Positions 1 through 10,852 of a stretch of 56,565 bases of DNA are shown in pieces; the stretch's first letter is position 1, and the number at the start of each line of letters is the position of its first letter. Both the position numbers and the translations under genes were made by a program. A model generated the notes under the pieces. That model saw only the letters and a list, made by a program, of their open reading frames with translations. It did no database searches and was not told where the DNA came from. The DNA is from Prorocentrum cordatum (lineage: Eukaryota): assembly GCA_963575745.1 (NCBI GenBank), contig CAUYUJ010000085.1, positions 62,001-118,565 of the forward strand, written 5' to 3'.

Positions 1-1089
1 GATGTGACTCTGAACGTCTCATTCTCTGTAGGGTTCTGCTTGCTGTCGTGAGGTCTGGCGTAGAACTCCAGCCTCCTCCGTGGCGATCTCTGGCCGCCTG
101 CTGCCACAGCTCCTTGATGCCGTCCGCCGTGATGATCGCCATGAGTTGGGTGGTGTCTTCATCTCCGAGTATGCAGTCTGACTGCTGAGATGGCGGCACT
201 TTCCGACGGTCATTGTCTTCCTTTGGAGCTGGGACCTGACTTGGCACATAGTTTTCAACTTTGGTTCCAGCTCCTCTTTGCTTATTTGTGTAAGAACCCA
301 TTCCAGCCAGAAACTGCTGTCCATCTGTGTTGTCCTCCACGTCTTGGAAGGGGTCGTGGTCGCCGTCCATGTTGGTCGCAGCCTGCTGTGGTTGGCCCTC
401 TGGAAGTCGGTGGACTCTGCTACCTTGACCGTCCTGGCTACCGTCTGAAGGTGGCAGCTCACGGCTTGCATACATATTGTGCTGGTGCGGTTGCTGGGCC
501 ATCGTCCATTCATTTTCCTGCGCATCCGCCCACGTGTCTGGCTCAGGTAGCTGCCATCCTAGTTCAGAAAGTCCTTGGATAAGGGCCGCCATCGGCCCTG
601 TCACAACGTTCCAACGTCCTCTAGGTCGTGCCCGCTGGAGTCGCTGTACGGCTGCATGCCAACCTCCTCGTAGTTTGTCATGGTAATCTGGCCACCGCTT
701 CCAACGCTTAATCCATTCTGCAACTTGGCGGCGGAGCCCAACAGCTTTGGGGTCCCTCCCGAAGTAATGCAACAGCATCACCACGGATGTACTCCAGCCG
801 CCTGTCGTGTACCCGAGCATGTCTGCTGCTTCAGCTCTTGCACGTCGCACCGCTGTTGGAGACTGTCCTATTGCAGGGACGTCATATGCTGACTTAGCAC
901 GGACATTGACTAAGTTGAGCGTGGCCAGCTTCCGTCTACGCTTGCCCGCCCCTTTGAAAACCCTGGCTCGGCGTATTCGTGCTCTGGCCGCTTTGCGTCT
1001 CTCCGTTGCCGTCGTGGTGCGCCTCTTGCGTCCTCTCGCCACGTCGATGCCGAGGTCGCGTACGTACGAGGCTCCTTTGACTGTTGCCC

Positions 1090-2187
1090 CTAGTTGCCGA
1101 ACCGCTTGCGAGACTGTTTTTCAATACTTGGGTGGGATGCCATCACTGCCGACTTGTCCGACATCTCCAACTTGCTCTCAATGCATCCTTTGACCAACTC
1201 GACCGCAACAGTGGTCAGCTCGTGCTTGACCTGCTTGTACGAGCCGCCTGACCTCGCCGTGGCATCGTCCACATACTGTCTGGGAAGCGCTCGGGGTACC
1301 TGATGGTAAGCTCGTCCCAAAACTTCGTATAAGAAAGTCCTTGCACCATTATTTGCATTGTTGCACCCTGATGCGATGCTGTTGCCAGGGATTATCGGTG
1401 GAGCGAATGCACCTCCTGCTCTGATCGCTCGCGGAGCGAGGTATACCAGACAATTGAGGTAGAGCTCCACGGGGGGAAAATCAAGCGTCAAAGCGCGACC
1501 AATCAAGATCGGGATGCTGATCGAATCGTAGAACTTTTTGATGTCCAAATAGATTGAGCCCCACGCTTGCGTTCCATCCCAGGCACTGCTTTCGTCCATG
1601 GCCATGCTGAAGAGAGCTGCCTGGAGGGCTGACGACTGGGCCACCGGTGCATCCCAAAAGGCTGCCTTCTTGCTGCCCCACTCTGCCATAGTTGGTTGTC
1701 GGATTCGCCCCCAAAGTCGCATTGGTAAAAGTATCAAGCCGATCGGCCTCTCGTCTCCAGCTTTCAAGTTGGATCCTTTGCGTAGAAGTTCATACCAAAT
1801 GTGTAACCATTGGTGCGGCCATGAAAGGCTTTGCTCACATCTGGTCAGCAAGACGGCCAATTCCTCTTTGGCCTGGGGTGCCAACGCCTTCAGATGCTGC
1901 GCTTTCCACATGTCCGAACCTTGGCCTGAGGAATTGGGCGTCGTCCTGAGAGCTGCTTCCAATTGGTCCAAGGTGATGGGTTCACGCTCAGGAAGGTCTG
2001 CTTCAGCCCGTGAGCGCAGCTTCTGCATCTGTGCCTTGGTCTCGTTGTACCCGTCGTGCTTGGTCCATCTTGCTTTCCATTGTCTGGCTCTCCACCGCAC
2101 TTTGCAAGTTGGCGATAACTCCACTGCTGTCGGGGTCGATGCACAGCTCAGGGAGCGAGAGGGATTCGGGCCGCTTGAGATATCCAT
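1090..2187 (-). pseudogene. LINE reverse transcriptase domain (frameshifts near ~2090 and ~1100)
   Basis: Motifs ERPIGL, YLDIKKFYDSI, GNSIASGC, RQYVDD. Confidence 0.92.
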
Positions 2188-3014
2188 GAGCCTCCTTCAT
2201 GTTGCCGTCCATGGCCTTCCTTGCCCAACGGTGGATGCTCTGCTTCGCTTTCTGCCAGGCTCGCTTGCCGTGTCGCTCAGCCCGCTGCGCCGCTTGAAGT
2301 ATTGCTTCACTCCACAACTGATGGCCTGTGTCCAGCTCTGTCCTGCGAATAATATCCAAGGCCCAAGAGTCTTCTTTCTCATCTTGGCGTACACAGTTGA
2401 GGCTGGACGGCGGCAGTGGTGGGTACTCCAATGATTCGATGTGCGTCAATTGAGATCGTAACATTCCTCGAAGTTGCTGCTGCCGAGTAGAGCTCTTTGA
2501 AACTGCCAATTGCCGCAAGAGAGGTCCCATTTCCACCCAGCGGTCATGTCTGGCTTGTTCTGGTTCCTGCGCGCGGTGTTCACGCCGAGGGGCTACTGGG
2601 ACCAAGCGGTACTTCACTGGCCGTCCTCGAACCGTTTTAACTTGGTCTTCTCTGTTGCACAGAATGGCCAGGGCATGGTCTGCTGCTTGTGCCCATCGAG
2701 TGTACTGCTCGCCCAACTGCACGCTGCTCGCTTCTGTTAACTGAAAAGCCAAACTGTCCACCGTGGTTTTGTCTGGGCTGAATGATTCAACAAAAGACAA
2801 TATAGAATACTAAACAAGCGTTTCAAAAAATAACAAACAGACTAAGGACATCCCAGAAACACAAACAAAAAAAAAGCACTCAAAAAACACACAAATAAAA
2901 ACAAATCAAAATAAACTTACAAAAAAAAAAATAATAATTCAAATGGTTTACTCTTCACCTACTTCACTCTTGCTTCTTTACTTAATCTCCACATACTCCT
3001 AAGGGTATATATAT

Positions 3015-4079
3015 TCATTCTGTTCTCCTTCGAATATCTTGCCATACATCGTCCGAGACCGTAGACAATACCTCTCTGGAGTACGTCGGTTCAAGGAGCT
3101 TGTCGATGTCTGCTCGTTCTTGTTGGAGAGCTTGTTGTTCTTCCGTCAGGTCTGTGTCGTAGATTATGTCATCCAACTCTGGTTGGTGCTCCGTAAGCTT
3201 TGCATGCTGCTCTCGGTCTCGCTGCTTCCTTTTGCTGCCTTTCTCGACGTGCACCGTAATGTATGGTACTTTGTGCTGCTCTGCCCTAACAGGAGACAAG
3301 ATCTGCAACTTGGCTGGCTTCCTGGCGATACGGATGCGCAATCCAACATGAGGTCTCCACGGGACCTTCGTTACCGCCATGACACCACCCAAGAAAGGCC
3401 TGCATATTGGTGGGCAAATGACATAATCTAACATGCGGCCTCTGCCACTCGTACACGTCGCATCGATGTTCGGGCAAACTGGGGTAACTTTGAGCTTCTT
3501 CGCCCACGTGGACTGCGTGAACTCGTCTGGGGTAACCTTCCAGTCACCCACTGCCATCCACGGTGTAGAGATACTAGCCGTCAACTGTGTCAGCTGCTTC
3601 ATCTTCGCTGCATTGGGCCCTGTCAGGCCCGGTCCGCTGTCGAGGTATACCACGAAGAGTGTGATACGTATTCCTCCCTTCAAATCCCAGTGCACCACCG
3701 CAATGTCATTCAACTCCTTCTCGAAGGCGCTGCTCCCCTCGACGGTGGGCAGGTGCACTGCAGTCTGGAGGTGCGAGCGACGTAGCCAACATACTCCCCC
3801 ATGGGTACCGTTTACTGATCGCCCCGTCTTCCTGGCTGCTGTCCAAGTGTACTGTGAATGCCAGCCGTCTGGTTGAAGCCGCTGGGCCTCGCTGGCTGCG
3901 CTCGTCCTCTGAAGGTGGTGTTCCACTAAGCCCACCATGTCGCATTTCGAACCCAATATGAAATCACGAACTGACGCATTGCACTGTGAGATATTCGCCA
4001 CGAATACATGTGAAACACGGGTCCTGCTCACCGCTGATGGGGTCCTGGAACGTGACCTTGCGCCGAGTGCTAGGAACAC
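3015..4079 (-). CDS. LINE apurinic-like (EEP) endonuclease, N-terminal part of ORF2
   Basis: Motifs VFVAN, GLVEHH, HGGV, VVYL, VGDW, LDYVI, PH. Confidence 0.88.
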   Translation of the reverse strand: MFLALGARSRSRTPSAVSRTRVSHVFVANISQCNASVRDFILGSKCDMVGLVEHHLQRTSAASEAQRLQPDGWHSQYTWTAARKTGRSVNGTHGGVCWLRRSHLQTAVHLPTVEGSSAFEKELNDIAVVHWDLKGGIRITLFVVYLDSGPGLTGPNAAKMKQLTQLTASISTPWMAVGDWKVTPDEFTQSTWAKKLKVTPVCPNIDATCTSGRGRMLDYVICPPICRPFLGGVMAVTKVPWRPHVGLRIRIARKPAKLQILSPVRAEQHKVPYITVHVEKGSKRKQRDREQHAKLTEHQPELDDIIYDTDLTEEQQALQQERADIDKLLEPTYSREVLSTVSDDVWQDIRRRTE

Positions 4080-5119
4080 GTCTTGGACTGCGTCTTTGCC
4101 GCCGCAACCGTCTTGCTCCTCTCGCGAATGCGTACTGTGGTCTCCAGGTACCTGTCCACCTCGTCAGGGTTCGTGAAGTCGCACGGCTTGGTCTGTTCTG
4201 CGGCTGGCTCCTCTTGGACTTCATCTTTGGCCTGGGTGCCCCCAACTGATGGTTGTCCTCCGTTGCCACGGCGCCTCTTGCACTCTTGAGCCTTGTCTGC
4301 GAACTTGCGGAGGTTCTCGGCGGCCTCCTTGCGGGCCTGGGCGGCCCCCTTCGCCGCTTCCAAGGTCTTCTGCGCTGCCGCGGCCGCTTCCTTGGCTGCC
4401 TCGTACTCTTTCTTTTCTGCTTCACCCAGGAATGCCAGCTCTTCACTGCTGAGCTCTGGGGCAGCTGCATCGTCATGGACTGTCGCTGCAGAAGGTGGTT
4501 GTCCTCTGTTCGCCTTCTCACGACACAAATCCACTTGTTGCTGAGCTTCTTTCTCGGCGATTTTGTTGTCAGCCAGCTTTTCCAGGATGTCTTTTTGTTC
4601 TTCTGCATTGCGTTGGAGTCGCCTGCGTAGCCTCTCTCCCGCCGTCGTGACCATACGGAGCGCCTGGGCTGCCGTTTCCAACTCCTCGAAAGGCTTGGGC
4701 GCTGGTGGCGGTGCTGGCTCGGGAACTCGTAACTGAGGGCACGCTCGCTCCAACAAATCCATCTGCTCCTTGGCGTTGCCGTCCTTGGCCGCTTTGCACT
4801 GATCTGCGAGGAGGGCGACCAGGGCCTGGGTCTGTGGATATGGCGGGGCTGTCTCCGTCGATATGCTTGACCACGTGGTTCCACACTTTGCGCACTTGGC
4901 CTTGTCAGCGACACGGTCAAAATAGATCCAACTGCTGCCGACAGGAGAGCAAGTGCTGCACACCACAAAAGGCCTCCTCTTCCCGCCCTGGTACTCTTTC
5001 TTCGAACGTGAGTGCGATCGAGCTCTGCTAGCCGCTCGACCTCCTTCGTTCCAGGGCGGGCGCGTTCCTCCCATGTATGTCTCGTAGCCGTCGTCGTTCT
5101 GCTGCGACTTCTGCCACAC
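4070..5119 (-). CDS. LINE ORF1 (Cys4 zinc finger plus coiled coil)
   Basis: CSTC...CAKC followed by E/K/A-rich helical segments, directly upstream of the endonuclease; first ATG at 5074. Confidence 0.75.
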   Translation of the reverse strand: MWQKSQQNDDGYETYMGGTRPPWNEGGRAASRARSHSRSKKEYQGGKRRPFVVCSTCSPVGSSWIYFDRVADKAKCAKCGTTWSSISTETAPPYPQTQALVALLADQCKAAKDGNAKEQMDLLERACPQLRVPEPAPPPAPKPFEELETAAQALRMVTTAGERLRRRLQRNAEEQKDILEKLADNKIAEKEAQQQVDLCREKANRGQPPSAATVHDDAAAPELSSEELAFLGEAEKKEYEAAKEAAAAAQKTLEAAKGAAQARKEAAENLRKFADKAQECKRRRGNGGQPSVGGTQAKDEVQEEPAAEQTKPCDFTNPDEVDRYLETTVRIRERSKTVAAAKTQSKTCS

Positions 5120-5269
5120 CTTGAAGGTGCGCCCCTCAAGCCGCGAGCGCGCCTCGCCACCTGCCGCAGGGCAAGCAGGGCGGACGCGCGGCGCGCGCGC
5201 GCAACAGTGGGCCCGTTGGACCTGCCCCCCTGCAAACCTCTCGGGCCCAGATGCTTGAGAGCAGATGTA

Positions 5270-5500
5270 TAAGGAGGTGGAGTGGGACGAGGAGGAGGGG
5301 GAGGAGGAGGAGGAGGAGGAGATGGAGAAGGAGGAGGAGCAGGAGCAGGAGGAGGATGGGGGAGGAGGAGAGGGGGGAGAAGGAGGAGGGAGGAATGAGT
5401 TTGAGGAGGAGGAGCAGGAGAGAGCGGAGGATGGGGGGAGGATGAGGATAAGGAAGAGGAAACAAGGGGGGAGGGGGCGGGAGGAGGGGGATAAGGAGGA
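5270..5500. repeat. (GGA)n low-complexity tract
   Basis: Visible purine-rich trinucleotide repeat. Confidence 0.9.
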
Positions 5501-5510
5501 GCATGCGCAG

Positions 5511-5760
5511 CCAAACCATGATATTCACATGTTTTTTTTATTTTTTTTGGTCAGGGAAGCCACGAAACCTTGCTATTCACAGTTTTTGTTTAAGTTTCTC
5601 TGGTTTTCAGAAGCTCCACAAGCTTGGCCAGAGGGGGGCGCGGGGGGGTTGTGGAGCTTCTGAAACCAAAAGAACAAAAAAACATGTGAATAGCATGGTT
5701 TCGTGGCTTCCCTGACCCCCCCCAAAAAAAAAAAAAAAACATGTGACTAGCATGGTTTGG
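5511..5760. mobile_element. Foldback/MITE-like element
   Basis: Long imperfect inverted arms: ggtcagggaagccacgaaacc / ggtttcgtggcttccctgacc and cagaagctccacaa / ttgtggagcttctg. Confidence 0.75.
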
Positions 5761-5929
5761 TGGCCACGCCCCGTTCCGCAAGCCTTCCTGGCGAAGGAAT
5801 AGGAGGGGAAGGAGAACAAGGAGGAGGAGGAGGAGGGACAAAGAAAGAGGAGTCAGAGTGAGAGAGAGAGAGGGAGAGAGACAGAAAACACAGCAATGGG
5901 ACCAGGGGGGCGCTGGGGGGGGGCTGACC

Positions 5930-6045
<116 letters not shown>

Positions 6046-6046
6046 A

Positions 6047-6488
6047 GACTTAGCCCTCAGCCCCCCTGGGATCGCCAGACACTGTTTTTTATCGTGTCTG
6101 GAGCAAGGCACGTCATTCACAGCGGCAAATGATTAGCGCTCAGGCGCAACCCGGAGAGACTCCCATCAGCAAAAACGCGCACGGGAACTTAGACCTTCTG
6201 AGAGCGACCAGCCGACGAGGGGACAGGACGAGCAGGAGCGAAAAGGGGACGCGAGGCGAAAAAGGGAGAGGAGGGAGGGAGGACTTGAGCAGACACGTCG
6301 ACGGCAGGCGTCGATGCGGCGAGCCCTCGGGGCAAAGACACGTCACTTCAGCTTGTCAAAAGCGAGCAGGGACTTAGCCCTCAGCCCCCCTGGGATCGCC
6401 AGACACTGTTTCTATCGTGTCTGGAGCAGGGCACATTATTCACAGCGGCAAATGATTAGCGCTCAGGCGCAACTCGGAGAGACTCCCA
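6047..6488 (-). repeat. Split direct repeats (B-A-B) at element 3' end
   Basis: Near-identical ~118 bp copies at 6047-6165 and 6371-6488 around a ~205 bp spacer. Confidence 0.85.
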
Positions 6489-6589
6489 GACCCGAACAGG
6501 AAGACGAATGGCCAGGATGGCCGAAACAAAAACTCAAACCTTAAACCTGTTCCAGAGCGTCGGAACCCTAAGAGATTCAGCAGCTTCTA

Positions 6590-7270
6590 TCATCGACGAG
6601 ACACAGCTTTTGAGAGCGCTGGTGGATCGGAGGCGGCAATGGCGGTCCAGTGCTTTCCTCCTGGAGCCCTGCCAGCGAGCTCCTGATGCCGCAGGCAAGA
6701 TCTGCTACAAATTTTGCCGTTGGCGAGACACCAGCGCTGCAGCCTCGAGAGACAACCTCCATTCCAGGAAACGATACGAGTGCACTTTTTCCACGGCGTC
6801 CCGAAGTGGCACTGATGAAAACGAGCGCTGGAGAAGTCAGAGCCACGCGTCAGGCGGCTCAGACGAGGAGCCATCCACATCAACGATCTGTCTGGGTTTT
6901 CCAAGAGGGCTGGCACGCGAAAGCGTCTGCACACGTCGATGAGCCTGCAGGTGTCGAATAACGTGGCGTTACCCAGAGTCAGACGAGCACGCTGTGAGTC
7001 AGTGAGCACGTCCAGGCCCATGGTGGCCTCTACGCTCCGCAGCGGTTGCCGAGGAAAACGCCGAGCACGAAGCCGGAGCTAATCCACCCCTTGATGAGAC
7101 GCTCGACACACCGCACCAGTAAATCCCCATGAACACAATACTGAATGTCAATGGTAACGACGCCGTAGCCAGCAGCTCGAAACTTCTTTGAAATCCCTGC
7201 CGAGCCTGCGAACAGCTCCAAAAAGACGCAGCGGCGCCGCCGCGTGGCCCCCTGCACGGCAACCTGGAGC
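6590..7270 (-). pseudogene. C5 cytosine DNA methyltransferase-like domain, frameshifted
   Basis: Motif I VFLELFAGSAGIS, damaged motif IV (GNRC), motif VI LLENP, motif VIII-like QCHFGTPWKKCTR. Confidence 0.8.
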
Positions 7271-7310
7271 TCATGCCGCAGCTGGCGCAAGATGCCAGCG
7301 GTAGTGCGGC

Positions 7311-8525
7311 TCAGCGGCGGCGAGCAGCCGGCCTTGCGCTGCCTGCGCTGGCTGGCCGCTTCCGCACCGCTCGGGCGGAGCTCAGGAAGGCGAAACTCGG
7401 CGGACCAGCAGCAGCCGCCGTGGCCAAGCGCGCGATGTGCAGCTTTAGCGGGTCGGGCACCTGGTCGATGATCCCCGCGCGGACGAAGCCGTTGCCCGCG
7501 AGCTCCTGGAAGCTCAGTTCCACGAGGGCCCCGAACAAGTAGGTGCTGTCCGGGACGAGGCCGATCTCGCGCAGCAGCTTGGACTCCTTGGCGTACCTGG
7601 CCATCGACGAGGCTGCCTTCCAGCGTTCTCGACGACGGACCTGCTCCATTGTCCTCCGATTGGACAGGAGGTCGTCCGACGCCCCGCCGCGCCTGAGGGA
7701 GTAGAGGTGAGGCCTGAGGCTGCCCAAGCCCAGCAGCGACACGGCCTGGACGAACACCTTGCGGAGATCCGCAGGGCTGAAAGCCCACAGTAGCTGCCCG
7801 GGCGGCGTCGCCTTCGAGAGCGCCTCGAGCAGCGGGTTGAGCCACGCGCCCAGGTCCACGAGCACCGACTCCTCGAAGAGGCCCGTCTTGCCCGGCTGGG
7901 CCTCCGCCACGTCGTGGAGCAGGAGCCCCCACGCCTGGTAGGCGGGCCCCGCAATGGCGGAAGGAGCCACCAGATGCTGGGCCTTCGGCTCGACGCACTC
8001 GCACGGGCGGAGGTAGCACACTAAGGACACCATGATCCACAGCGCCATCCGCGACTGGCCGAGGGCCAGCATGACACCCGCGATCGCGAAAGTAGCCGAT
8101 CGCGGCAGCGGGCAGCGTGTGAAGCTGGGCACCCGACGCTTCCAAGCCACCGCCGCGCGCCAGCTCTGCAAAAGCCCCGACTTGCCAGCACGCCGCACCT
8201 CCGGCAAGAAGTGCGTCAGCGCCGCAAGCAGCTGGCTCCCCTCGGCCGCCGCCACGCCAGAGTGGAACTGGCTGTTGAGGAAGAGCAGCACGGCCAAGTC
8301 GAGCTCGCGGCGGGTGGCCCAGGAGATCTGGTGGAGGATGCGGTGATCCGTGAACTTGCGGCACGCCGAGCGGTAGAGCTCCTCGGTCGACTCCTTGATC
8401 GCCAGCTGCTCCAGCGAGGTGAGCCCGGTGACGGGCTTCCTGCCCTGCAGCAGGCACCGCGCCAGTGTGGCGCGAGTCTGCGACTGCCGACTGCGGCCCA
8501 AGGCCCCGGGAGCTCGCCGCGCCAT
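7311..8525 (-). CDS. Tyrosine recombinase
   Basis: YLRPCE, KTG, LYSLRRGGAS, RW...SMARY catalytic pattern; ATG at 8525. Confidence 0.9.
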   Translation of the reverse strand: MARRAPGALGRSRQSQTRATLARCLLQGRKPVTGLTSLEQLAIKESTEELYRSACRKFTDHRILHQISWATRRELDLAVLLFLNSQFHSGVAAAEGSQLLAALTHFLPEVRRAGKSGLLQSWRAAVAWKRRVPSFTRCPLPRSATFAIAGVMLALGQSRMALWIMVSLVCYLRPCECVEPKAQHLVAPSAIAGPAYQAWGLLLHDVAEAQPGKTGLFEESVLVDLGAWLNPLLEALSKATPPGQLLWAFSPADLRKVFVQAVSLLGLGSLRPHLYSLRRGGASDDLLSNRRTMEQVRRRERWKAASSMARYAKESKLLREIGLVPDSTYLFGALVELSFQELAGNGFVRAGIIDQVPDPLKLHIARLATAAAAGPPSFAFLSSARAVRKRPASAGSARPAARRR

Positions 8526-8599
8526 CAGCTGTCGGACTGTCGGGGCCGCCTGTCTCGGCAGCTGGAGAAGGCTCAGCCCAGGCGCGCAGAGGGCGCGCG

Positions 8600-10852
8600 C
8601 CCGAGAACCACCCTCTGTGCCCACGTGAGAACGGGTCCGAGGGGTCGAGCTCTGAGGCGACCCACCGAACGTAGACCCGAGATCCCGCGGCCAGGCTGAG
8701 AGCTGCCAGCTTGTGAAGAGGCCCTCTAAGATGACGAGACCGCGCTCCCCCCCTGGTGGCCGCGAGGGCCAGGGGCAGGTTATCGACCAGAGCGACAATA
8801 CGTTTACCGTAAGCCTGCGAACTCCGAAGAAAATGGCGAACTGCTAACACCAGTGCCTCCCCCTCGAGCTCCAAGATGTCGGGGCCCTCCGAGATCTGCA
8901 CCGCGGCCACGCCAGCCCAAGACGAAGCCTCCAGAACATCTCCAGGGATCTCGTCGAAGACGGCCTCCGAAACGTTCAGGAAGGGGCCTCCAAGAGATGT
9001 GGAAGATGAAAAGCTGGGCAGAGGAGGTGACGAGGGGCAGAGGTGACGCAGCGCTCTTTCACGGGCTCGTGAACCACCCTCGACTCGACAGCGCCAACGC
9101 TCGGACTGACGCCCAAGCTCCGCGACACGGTCGGTCGGGAGCCGCCGCCGCACAAGCCCGAGCCCGAACTCGGATGCATCGGACGCGACCACCAGCCCAT
9201 GCCAGCGAGCGAGCACGTCGGCCTGTAGAAGATGAAGCAGGCATCTCACGCGCCACAGCTCCTCACGCACCGAGCGCCACAGCGCTAGAGCCTGGCTGCC
9301 GGCCTTGGCGGCGAACGCGTACGACGCCCGCAGCAGGCGCAGTGCTTCACGCTCGAGCAGCGCCGACCACGTGACATGGCCAAGCAACACCTTCATGAGC
9401 AGCCCGCTGCACTTGCCAACGCGGAGGAGCTTCTCGATCGACAGCCGCAGACGCCACAAGCACTTGGGCCGGACTGCCAGGAAACGACCCTCCGAGAGGC
9501 TGAGCCCAAGGAACTCCGCGTCGTGGCTGGCCGGCTCCCGGTCGTGGACGACGAGTCCCAGCTTCTCGAGCTGGCAGCGCACGCTGTCGCAGTGGCGGCC
9601 CGTGCTGCTGGCCTCCGCACCCATCACGAAGGAGTTGCCCACGTAGCCGGCGGCCACGGGGGGCTCTCCATGCCGCGCCTGCCGCCCGGGCTGACCGTCC
9701 TCGATGAGGCTGCTCGCCGGGAAGCCGCCGAGGCTGATGCCGCGCCTATGGGCGCCCTGGCACAGGTGGAGGGCCCACGAGAAGCCCATGGGCAGCACGC
9801 GCAGACGCGGCGTGATCGGCTGCCCCGCACCAGCCGGCAAGTCGGAGACCCCGCCGTTCAGCGGCATCCCCGCGCCCAGGCTCGGCAAGGAGAAGCGCCC
9901 GACCATGTCAGGCGGAACCAGCATGTGAGAGAAAGCCGCCTCCAAGCCCCCCGAGGCGACGAAGACCTTCTCATCCGCCTCCAGCGCGCCAGGAAGCCGA
10001 AGGAGTACGCAAGCGCGTCGAAGGGGCAGACACGAAATCACAGTTGATGACCCGCGTGTCGAAGATGATCCGAAGGCGTTCATCTTTGCGCTTGACGAAA
10101 AACAATCCGAGGTCGCCGCCGTGCCCACGCTTCCAAGTCAGCATCCCACGGCGCCAAGCCTCTCTCAGAAATGTAGCATATTCACGAACGTTGTGCTGCA
10201 GCACCGGGTCGACGCATGCGCCCCGAGGGCAAGCCTCCGCGCGGGGGCTCCGAGCAGCCTGAGACGGTCGTAGCACGCGCTCCTTCCAATCCCTAAGCCA
10301 CGAGGCGTCCACTTCACCAAGCAAGTCGGTCAACGGGATGGGCTTGCTGGAAGTGGAAGGCCAGGCGATCTTCTCGCCGTCGTAGGGAGCGACGGGCCCG
10401 CCACCACTGGTGGAGCCGGGCGCGCCTGACAGGAGCGCACTGAGGGCTCCCCGTCCTGAAAGGAGGTCTGCAGGAGGTTGCCCGACACGTCGATAGCAGC
10501 GGCGAACGTGATCCAGGGCCAGTCGCTGACCTGCATTGAGGCTGACGCCGGAGCTGGAAACAAAACTGCCGCACAAGTCATTCAACGCGTCCGCGCCCTC
10601 GGCAGCCCAACGATCAACATGGGCAGCGCGAAGGCAGCGGCGGGCAACGCAGCGGCTGACAGGGACCATGTCAAAAATGTCGGTCTCAAGCTCCAAGGCG
10701 GGCAGCGGGGAGAGGTCACGCTGGCGGGCCTCCTCCATGACCTGAGAGGAGCGGAGAGCACCGTGGGCTGGTGGCGTGGCGGGGGCGCCCAAGATCCCCG
10801 CCGCGGGGCGATCGCGCATCGCCACCCTGCCCTCGCTGTCCCTTCTTGCCAA
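8600..10852 (-). pseudogene. DIRS-type RT-RNase H (frameshift ~10000)
   Basis: LFFVKRKDERLRIIFD, LPMGFSWA, YVGN (degenerate YVDN), ASDAS, LELE, VDN, RWVASELDPSD. Confidence 0.9.

Larger units (their letters stand above)
1..5270 (-). mobile_element. Non-LTR retrotransposon (LINE), frameshifted, 3' end beyond window start
   Basis: ORF1, APE endonuclease, linker and RT lie in order on the minus strand; the post-RT frame (VRDLGID...WNVVTGPMAAL...) stays open to the window edge. Confidence 0.92.
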
